Below, in pieces: positions 49,685 to 56,807 of a stretch of 64,000 bases of DNA. Positions within the stretch are counted from its first letter, which is position 1. The number at the start of each line of letters is the position of its first letter. The DNA is from a virus (taxonomy: Duplodnaviria > Caudoviricetes): IMG/VR virus record IMGVR_UViG_3300010163_000003, positions 96,001 to 160,000 of that record. The stretch is one strand, 5' to 3'. Below the pieces are notes generated by a model. It had not been told where the DNA came from and did no database searches. It worked only from the letters and a program-made list of their open reading frames with translations. Made by a program: the position numbers and the translations under genes.

Positions 49685-50369
49685 CTAATACCTCCTCATC
49701 ATTCCAATGAACTCCGCCAATCAATGGGAAGTCAACTAATGTACGATGGTTCAAATCTTGTAAATTGTCTGCGAAGTAAAACATTGGGTCAATGCCATTC
49801 TTGATAAGTTCTTGTATATACTCTTCATTTTCAATATCAATTTTAGAAACGGCTTCATTAAACTCTTCGCTCTTGTCTTCAACATGCCAATCGAATCCTT
49901 TAAGCGCAGCTACCTTTTCTGCTCTTACAACTATTTGCATTAGTTTGGTCCATGTCCATGTTTCCATTTCTTCGTAAGTATATTCGGGGATAAATGCCTT
50001 TATTAAATCCATGCATTGAGTATCAAGATTGTCATATGCTTTAAATTTGCGATATTCATCTAAAATATCATTTATATCTATAAACCCAGAATATTTTTCT
50101 ATATGTTGAGCGACATATTCATTTAGTCCTGCAAAACCACAATAACAAAAATCATATTCTTCTGGGAAGACACAAGCTGTATTACATATTGCATCTTCTA
50201 TATCCATTCTATCTGAATTTTCAGCTAATATATATCTATACTCTTTTCTAGTAAGAGTTCTAAAAATAAAGTCGGTATCGCAAAAGCGGACATAAATAAT
50301 TTTATGTCCGCCATACAAGTCCTTATAATAATGTAACAGGGCAATATCGACGGCTTTTTCTTGCTTCAT
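49635..50369 (-). CDS. Tail assembly chaperone-like protein 2 (244 aa)
   Basis: FIFRTLTRKEY...EDAICNTACVFP, paralogous to the upstream gene. Position between tube genes and the tape-measure slot. Confidence 0.6.
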   Translation of the reverse strand: MKQEKAVDIALLHYYKDLYGGHKIIYVRFCDTDFIFRTLTRKEYRYILAENSDRMDIEDAICNTACVFPEEYDFCYCGFAGLNEYVAQHIEKYSGFIDINDILDEYRKFKAYDNLDTQCMDLIKAFIPEYTYEEMETWTWTKLMQIVVRAEKVAALKGFDWHVEDKSEEFNEAVSKIDIENEEYIQELIKNGIDPMFYFADNLQDLNHRTLVDFPLIGGVHWNDEEVLDAIRQQIAAKNANREL

Positions 50370-50372
50370 TAT

Positions 50373-50948
50373 TTAAAGTACCTCGATTCCATATTGCTTA
50401 GTAAACCCTGAGTTTTCCATAATAATTTGCGCTAAGGTACTAGGGTAGCCACTATCTTCTGCTGCCATAGTTTTAAAGTTATAGTTTCTAGGCCATAATA
50501 CACAAGTATGGCATATAATTTCTTCTCTGTATAATGCATCTATATTTTGAATACTAACTAATTGTTTATATTCAAAACGATTCATTGTACGGAAAACAAA
50601 ATGTTTTTCAAGTACTTGAGTGTGGAATATCTTTTCATTAGAGAATTGTTTTTTCCACAGCTCAACTTGACTGGCACCAGGACCACCTTCAAAAATAGGA
50701 TCGTCATCAATTAAATCATAATCCTCTTCTGGTTCTCCAGAATATTGAAGACTGATATCATTATAATTACTATCTGGACGATACTGAATAGTAGCTTCTC
50801 CATATTCATCATTTGCCATTTCTTGTTTCATGGCTGCATATATATCTTCACCTGTGACAGATTCAGAATCTCTTGCCGCAATTTTCTTTTGTACATTAAG
50901 TTTTTGATTAGCTGCACTCATTAAATCATTGAGTCTATCTTGTTCCAT
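50373..50948 (-). CDS. Tail assembly chaperone-like protein 1 (191 aa)
   Basis: VELWKKQF...FVFRTMNRFEY...EEIICHTCVLWP...GYPSTLAQIIMENSGF. AAGGAG RBS. Confidence 0.6.
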   Translation of the reverse strand: MEQDRLNDLMSAANQKLNVQKKIAARDSESVTGEDIYAAMKQEMANDEYGEATIQYRPDSNYNDISLQYSGEPEEDYDLIDDDPIFEGGPGASQVELWKKQFSNEKIFHTQVLEKHFVFRTMNRFEYKQLVSIQNIDALYREEIICHTCVLWPRNYNFKTMAAEDSGYPSTLAQIIMENSGFTKQYGIEVL

Positions 50949-50958
50949 AGTAATCTCC

Positions 50959-51330
50959 TTACATTAAAGTGTGTGTTTCATCGTCATATAAATTATTTAA
51001 TCTTTGTTCAATATTTTCTAATCTTATTCTTTGTTCTTCAATTAATTCTGGATCTGCATTAGAAGAACGTAATTTTTCGAGTTTATGCTCTCTATATGTT
51101 TTTTCTTTTTCAACATGCTCTATCTTTGCCATTACTAAGTAAAAACCTGAATATATACTAGCAAATGTAAATGCTGAAATAATAAGCTGTGGCATCGAGC
51201 TATAATCACAAGAACGGTGCATTTCAATCATTGCATATACAGTAATAATAAAGACAAAGAAAAATGCTACAAGACCTATTAGTTTAGACATTGCCATAAA
51301 CCTAAGTTTAAATTCTTCTTTTGTTTCCAT
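50959..51330 (-). CDS. Two-TM membrane protein, holin-like (123 aa)
   Basis: Two hydrophobic helices (LIGLVAFFFVFIITVYAMI; LIISAFTFASIYSGFYLVM) and a charged C-terminus. Adjacent to an amidase gene. Confidence 0.55.
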   Translation of the reverse strand: METKEEFKLRFMAMSKLIGLVAFFFVFIITVYAMIEMHRSCDYSSMPQLIISAFTFASIYSGFYLVMAKIEHVEKEKTYREHKLEKLRSSNADPELIEEQRIRLENIEQRLNNLYDDETHTLM

Positions 51331-51339
51331 TGTATCACC

Positions 51340-52953
51340 TTAGTTATAATCAGAATTATTTCTCCAAGCTTCTATTACTGGCACGCCAGTTTTTGATAAT
51401 ATTTGATTTTCATCTGAAGATGTTGGAATAGATGCATCTTTAGAATAATACTTATAATCTGAAGCCGCAAGACCGTTATATTCTTCATATTTATCTTCGT
51501 CTGTAGCTTCGTCAGATTCAATTACATCCCTAGCGATAAATTCATATACTTCTGATATTGGATTACCAGATGTATCTACTTCAACACTAACACTTCTCAT
51601 AAATACATCTTTAATAGTTTTAGTTATACTAGAATTTCCAAATACTATTTTAATGTCTTTGTGATTTAATCTAGCTACTTTACTTGCATTGGTATTAAAA
51701 TATGAATCATAGTGAGCATTAAATTCAGGATCTTCTTCAATTTTTATCTCATCTATAGGAGCTTCTTCTTCAATAACATCATTGGCGTTTTCATTAGCCT
51801 TTTCAACTATTTTATCCAATAAGTCTTGATTCGTGATTCCATCTTCAGTAAGCCCATTATCTTTTTGAAATTTTTTAACAATGTTTTCAACAGCTTGATC
51901 GTATAATCCATCTTTATGATCAGATGAAATAGGATATCCTGCCTTATCTAAATATTTTATAATATCTTCGATAGGAGTGTTAGTCATGTTTGGTCGTTTT
52001 TGAGATTCTGAACCAGAGGCACCGTTTTTATCAGTAAGAGGATGTTTTTGAGATTCTGAACCTGAAGTACCATGCGAATCATCAAGACCAAGGTCAGGTC
52101 TAACATAAGGCGGCTCTTCTGGTTTAGCTGGAGGATATGGAGCAGATTCAGTCCCAGAAGTTCCATTAGCATCAGTAAGAGGTTTTTTGGGAATCTCAGG
52201 ATGTTTTTGAGATTCTGAACCCGAAGTACCGTTAGCATCAGTTAATTTTGCTAATGCATTTTTAGAGCCAGAAGAAGGTTCGGCAGAATCATATTTATAT
52301 TCTTTTTTATTGTTTGAGCTTTTAACTGGAGTTGGATTAATTACCGTCTCATTAGTGGGTGGAGGAGTTGGATTTTCAGTAGTATCATTATATTTTAATC
52401 CAAATCCTTCAGCAATTCCTCCAACAACAGCCTTTACTACTTTATCTTTTTGAGAACGATAAAGATCCATGTCATCAATATCGTCAATAAAACAAGTTTC
52501 TAATAGTGCATGACTAATCCCGTATTTCTTTTTGACGGTGTTCATTACTAAAAGACCGTCTCTACGCTGTACGCCACGATTTGTGAAACCAAGATCAGAC
52601 ATACGTTTACAAATGGCATTTCCTAAACTAGTATCATTTTCTGTGCTATGCATAAGTACTTCTGTACCAGTAGTTTTACCATCACCACTTGAATCATTTG
52701 CAGATGCGTTGAAATGTATTTCAAACACATAATCTATATTATCAAGAGGCAAAGAACCGCCGTTTTTGAGAACTTTATAAGCATCATTATTTTGGTCGTA
52801 CAAAATTGGATTAATATCTTGAACTTTTTTGAGTTCTTCTTGTACCATAAGAGCAAGCTCTCTCGTAAGCACTGCTTCTTTTTCTCCACTACCTATAGCA
52901 CCAGGATCATACGGAGTACCTCCATGCCCAGAAAGAATAAGAACATTTTTCAT
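51340..52953 (-). CDS. Amidase_3 + repeat linker + peptidoglycan-binding domain + C-terminal half of a tail-tube-like fold (537 aa)
   Basis: Catalytic motifs SGHGG, KEAVL, EIHFNA and LLETCFID. PG-binding VKKFQKDNGLTEDGI. AGGGGG RBS supports the ATG at 52953 rather than the ORF track's 53022. Confidence 0.8.
   Translation of the reverse strand: MKNVLILSGHGGTPYDPGAIGSGEKEAVLTRELALMVQEELKKVQDINPILYDQNNDAYKVLKNGGSLPLDNIDYVFEIHFNASANDSSGDGKTTGTEVLMHSTENDTSLGNAICKRMSDLGFTNRGVQRRDGLLVMNTVKKKYGISHALLETCFIDDIDDMDLYRSQKDKVVKAVVGGIAEGFGLKYNDTTENPTPPPTNETVINPTPVKSSNNKKEYKYDSAEPSSGSKNALAKLTDANGTSGSESQKHPEIPKKPLTDANGTSGTESAPYPPAKPEEPPYVRPDLGLDDSHGTSGSESQKHPLTDKNGASGSESQKRPNMTNTPIEDIIKYLDKAGYPISSDHKDGLYDQAVENIVKKFQKDNGLTEDGITNQDLLDKIVEKANENANDVIEEEAPIDEIKIEEDPEFNAHYDSYFNTNASKVARLNHKDIKIVFGNSSITKTIKDVFMRSVSVEVDTSGNPISEVYEFIARDVIESDEATDEDKYEEYNGLAASDYKYYSKDASIPTSSDENQILSKTGVPVIEAWRNNSDYN
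51990..52245 (-). repeat. Four imperfect intragenic repeats encoding LTD(A/K)NG(T/A)SG(S/T)ES(QKHP)
   Basis: The DNA word TTTTTGAGATTCTGAACC recurs three times. The peptide repeats are visible in translation. Confidence 0.85.
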
Positions 52954-52988
52954 TTTATTGCCCCCTACTAGAAAAACATTTATGTCAT

Positions 52989-53834
52989 TTATTGAGTATA
53001 AGAATAATCTGGGCAAATCCATCCGTCTATTTCAACTTCAGGGTCGTCATTAAATACATGAACCCAAGTATGACCATTTGAATCTACTGTAGACTCTTTT
53101 TGTGTAACAGTTGCAATATTAACAATAGAATATAATTTTTGAGTATTTTCTCCAGGTCCAGAATAAACAATAGTATTAACAGGAAGATTAAAAGTAGCAT
53201 TAGTATATAAATGCTTTAAATATAATGCATCTATAGCCTTTCTAGTTTCTGTTCCTAATTCTCCATATTCTGAGCTTAAATCTTTGTAGTATTTTGTCTT
53301 ATATTCATTTTGAAATCTCATTAGTAAATTTTTGAGATTGTACTCAGCTTCATTATTGGGAGTATATCCAATAGTATGTAACTTATTTCTATATGTATTT
53401 TCAAGATCTGTAAGAGATTGCGTATTATCTGATTTAGATTGAGCATTTGGTTTGGAGTTATTAACCCAATCGATGTTATCTTTTAATGCTTGTTGAGTTT
53501 CATTATATTGTTCATTTGATTCCGTTTGAGATGATTTAAATATATCTGAATTTCCAAATACGGTTTGTTGTTCTGGATTTTTAATTGGCATTTTAAAAGC
53601 ACCAGTTACAACCCTATTACCAACAGCAACATCATCCCATGTACGAGAAGCATATCCATAAATAGGCTTAAGTTGCTCTTGTACTGAATAATTAATATAC
53701 CCTATTTCTGTTTGCTCTTCATCATTAAAATATATCTTTGTATCTGTACTTGAATAATATTCCTCTATGAAGAAATTCGGTTGTCGTGGTTCTTCAGGTG
53801 GGATATATTTATATGTCATAGAAGCTTCAGACAT
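52989..53834 (-). CDS. N-terminal half of a tail-tube-like fold + PG-binding-like + SH3-like domain (281 aa)
   Basis: YYSSTDTKIYFN...INYSVQEQLKPIYGYAS...VAVGNRVVTG aligns with the tube N-half. C-terminal VYSGPG...TWVHV...GWI resembles SH3b. Confidence 0.65.
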   Translation of the reverse strand: MSEASMTYKYIPPEEPRQPNFFIEEYYSSTDTKIYFNDEEQTEIGYINYSVQEQLKPIYGYASRTWDDVAVGNRVVTGAFKMPIKNPEQQTVFGNSDIFKSSQTESNEQYNETQQALKDNIDWVNNSKPNAQSKSDNTQSLTDLENTYRNKLHTIGYTPNNEAEYNLKNLLMRFQNEYKTKYYKDLSSEYGELGTETRKAIDALYLKHLYTNATFNLPVNTIVYSGPGENTQKLYSIVNIATVTQKESTVDSNGHTWVHVFNDDPEVEIDGWICPDYSYTQ

Positions 53835-53846
53835 ATATACACCTTC

Positions 53847-55742
53847 TTATCTATAGTTAAAAGTATATTTATATACTTGTTTAAAATCAATGGGCCAAAT
53901 AATTATTTCTGCCTTAGATGCTTTATAATCTTTATTGCCATTATATGACGAACAATTTATTAAATCATAATAAAATGTGTCATGTTCTTTTCCTTTATCG
54001 TCTGGATCAATCCATCTTAATGGATTAAACTCTAAAATATCAGAAACGCTTTTGTTAATAACATTACTTTTATATCTTTTATCTTTTGTTTTACTATCAT
54101 AATACTCTATTATGATAGTAAATTTTATTGTTTTAAGATTATTTTTCTGATTTTCAAATATAATATTATACGGCTCCAATATTAAAGCTGCTGGCTCATT
54201 TTGTATGCCCATACTATTTGAAAAATCATTGTATGATAAAGCATATTCTCCAGGTAACATATTGAATGAAATCTTTAAATCTTCTTTTATATTTTTGTCT
54301 TTATTAGATGTAGCATTTCCTATAAATTCCCACGTATTCCTATCGACAAGACCTACTGCATCTATTTCTAATGCGTGTTCTTTTTTAAATTTATTTACAT
54401 ATTCTAATGTATCTTCTCCATATATCCCATCAACATTTATAGTATGTTCAGGGTATATATTGTTTAAAGCATTTTGTAATATGGTAACGTAGACATTTCT
54501 ATCCCCTAATCTTACGTCAGGAAAAGAATATTGAGTTTTCATTTCTGAACCACTAAATATATCTGGAACTCTTACATATCCACCATTAACTTCATAATAT
54601 TCATTTCCATCTTTATCTTTTAAAGTTTTTAAATCAGAATTAATATATGTACCATATTTAAGTACTTTTATTATTGGAGAAGATAGATTAGGATCTCTAT
54701 ATACTTTAGCCCCATTTCTATTTAATACAACTGACTTTTTATCTTTTCTATCTTTCATTAAAGACATATATGTTCTATAATCAACATTACCAGTTGGATA
54801 TAAGTTATGATCCTTTTGGTATGTCCTAACTGCATTAGACATTGCATCTGTATAAAATCCATCGAACGAATCATAATACCTTGAATCTTTTAATGCTTGT
54901 TGTAAGTCTAAAATATCAGAACCAGACATAGCTCTATTCAATGAAGAATCATAATAATATTCCCTTGATGGCATTAATCTATTTAATGGAGTATTATAAA
55001 GTTTTCCTGCATAATTATAATCTCTGTATTCGCTATTAACTCCATCTTCTGGAGAACTACCCCCATTCCATGGCCATGGAACACCATTGTTAAAATCTTT
55101 ATTTGTGTTAATAGGTGTTTTATTTACTTTATCTTTTATGGCGTTTTCTTTATTTAATATATCATTCCATGATACATTAGAATCTACAACATAAAACCTT
55201 TGTGAGATAGATTCTTTTTGAGTAGCAGAACCAGAATTCCCATTTGAACTAAATATATTAATAGCTTGAAATGTCTCAATGTCTCGCGCCACAAAACTAA
55301 ATGTATTTTCTGTAAACAAATCTTGTACTGAAATAGTTTGAGCTTCATCTGTAAAATCAATACCAAACATGTACATAACAACAGCGCTACCATATTCGTT
55401 AGCAGATACAATCATTATATCGAATAATGGCAATTCATCTGCTTTCAGGTCTTTCATATTTGCTAAATATGAAACTTCTGCTTGAACATCTCTAAGCCAA
55501 TGTTGATTTATCAATGTAAATATTATAGTACCAGCGAATATACGAGAACCTCTAGTAACACCATTTATATTTGTTCTGCCTATATTTATTACAGGCTTTT
55601 TGTTTCTATACATAGAATAACTAATAGTAGTTACTGAGCCTAATGTAATAGGTGTGCATCCTGGAAGCATCATAAAGGCAATAGTGTCAGTACCAGAATA
55701 TGATTGATAAAATTTAGATAGTATATTAGCCAATATAGTCAC
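53847..55742 (-). CDS. Tail-tube paralogue (probable tube initiator) fused to PG-binding and SH3-like domains (631 aa)
   Basis: SYSGTD...TISYSMYRNKKPV...RGSRIFAGTIIF...ADELPLFDI...FVARD matches the tube. Two PG_binding_1-like repeats. The start may be the TTG at 55733. Confidence 0.75.
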   Translation of the reverse strand: MTILANILSKFYQSYSGTDTIAFMMLPGCTPITLGSVTTISYSMYRNKKPVINIGRTNINGVTRGSRIFAGTIIFTLINQHWLRDVQAEVSYLANMKDLKADELPLFDIMIVSANEYGSAVVMYMFGIDFTDEAQTISVQDLFTENTFSFVARDIETFQAINIFSSNGNSGSATQKESISQRFYVVDSNVSWNDILNKENAIKDKVNKTPINTNKDFNNGVPWPWNGGSSPEDGVNSEYRDYNYAGKLYNTPLNRLMPSREYYYDSSLNRAMSGSDILDLQQALKDSRYYDSFDGFYTDAMSNAVRTYQKDHNLYPTGNVDYRTYMSLMKDRKDKKSVVLNRNGAKVYRDPNLSSPIIKVLKYGTYINSDLKTLKDKDGNEYYEVNGGYVRVPDIFSGSEMKTQYSFPDVRLGDRNVYVTILQNALNNIYPEHTINVDGIYGEDTLEYVNKFKKEHALEIDAVGLVDRNTWEFIGNATSNKDKNIKEDLKISFNMLPGEYALSYNDFSNSMGIQNEPAALILEPYNIIFENQKNNLKTIKFTIIIEYYDSKTKDKRYKSNVINKSVSDILEFNPLRWIDPDDKGKEHDTFYYDLINCSSYNGNKDYKASKAEIIIWPIDFKQVYKYTFNYR

Positions 55743-55762
55743 TTCCTTTACATCTATATTTG

Positions 55763-55791
55763 ATTATATCATATAATGAAACAAGAGCCAA
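55763..55791 (-). promoter_or_regulatory. Candidate sigma-A-type promoter (TTGGCT-17 bp-TATAAT with extended -10 TG)
   Basis: TG-A-TATAAT at 55771-55763, 17-nt spacer, weak -35 inside the terminator stem. The region is AT-rich, so chance is possible. Confidence 0.3.
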
Positions 55792-55814
55792 GGTTTTTTG
55801 CAACCTTGGCTCTT
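55783..55814 (-). terminator. Intrinsic terminator after the major tail tube gene
   Basis: Perfect 13-bp stem AAGAGCCAAGGTT / AACCTTGGCTCTT with a 6-nt loop, followed by GTTTCATT on the minus strand. Confidence 0.7.
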
Positions 55815-55828
55815 TAAATATTTTACAA

Positions 55829-56734
55829 TTAGGTATTATTAGTGGTGCTAGCATCATAATCTGTTGGCATAACACCGCGAATATTGCCAGCTTTGTCACG
55901 AGTATACACTCCACGAACCAGTGGACTCATACGACGCGCAATCCATGTTACTTGACGCGCCATAACTACTGTGTCAATAGACGCACCAGAACTTTCATTT
56001 AATATATCTACGTCATAAATCTTCTGGAAAGCTGTATGGCCATATTCAGAAGCAAACGTAAGAGTAATATCAAATGGCGGGAGCGTATCAGCATATACGA
56101 TATTTTCGCCACGAATTGGAGCAAAACCAGCGGGAACATAAATTTCATCACCAGTATTAGCATCCCATTCAGAGACTAATCCATCACTAGCATAGCTAAG
56201 AGGACTATTATTAGACCCTTTAGCTGTTTGAGCACTAATTGCATTAGTAAACTCACCTGCGCCAGTAGAACCAAATGAAAATCCATAACCATCACGATCA
56301 TTATTGCTAATGTCGGCAAGAGAATCGTGAGCCTCTCCAGTATTGTTGCTCTTATAAGTGCCATTTTGTACAGCACTTACTGTCTCATTCCATTTGATAA
56401 TATCAAGTGCATTCCTGAAATCTTCGTTAAGCGCAAGCTTATTATTAGCAGCCGCAGTAAACATAGCAGATGGGGCTATTTCATTCCATACACGCTGTAA
56501 AGTAGCTACTAAAGAATCGTGGTCAAACACTGCAAATACCATAGAACCAGCGAGTCCGCGCTTGCCACGAGAGAAAGAACGAGCATCAGGAGAACCACAG
56601 GTGAATACTGGAGCTTTATCCCTTTGGATAGCCCACGAAATTTGCTGAAGCTCACCGATTACTTGGTTAGCAAAGGTGGCAACCAAGTCAGCGCCGGAAA
56701 AGCTTGTTAAAGTTTGAATGGTTGGGCTTGCCAT
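55829..56734 (-). CDS. Major tail tube protein (301 aa)
   Basis: Directly after the sheath, strong AAGGAGG RBS. SFSGADLVATF...GELQQISW...RSFSRGKRGLAGSMVF...YADTLPPFDITL...WIAR. Confidence 0.8.
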   Translation of the reverse strand: MASPTIQTLTSFSGADLVATFANQVIGELQQISWAIQRDKAPVFTCGSPDARSFSRGKRGLAGSMVFAVFDHDSLVATLQRVWNEIAPSAMFTAAANNKLALNEDFRNALDIIKWNETVSAVQNGTYKSNNTGEAHDSLADISNNDRDGYGFSFGSTGAGEFTNAISAQTAKGSNNSPLSYASDGLVSEWDANTGDEIYVPAGFAPIRGENIVYADTLPPFDITLTFASEYGHTAFQKIYDVDILNESSGASIDTVVMARQVTWIARRMSPLVRGVYTRDKAGNIRGVMPTDYDASTTNNT

Positions 56735-56762
56735 TATTAATTCCTCCTTATCAACCTATCCC

Positions 56763-56786
56763 CCAGAGCAGACTATGCTGCTCTGG
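56763..56786 (-). promoter_or_regulatory. GC-rich hairpin between sheath and tube genes, no U-tract
   Basis: CCAGAGCAG / CTGCTCTGG 9-bp stem with a 6-nt loop, followed by GGGATAGG rather than a T-run. Confidence 0.5.
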
Positions 56787-56807
56787 AGTTTAGTTCGTTA
56801 TTTTTAA

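Noticed and set aside
50367-50385. RF2-like +1 frameshift signal (GAGG..CTT TAA)
   Set aside because: The +1 frame hits TAA two codons later, and the GAGGT is explained as the RBS of the next gene.
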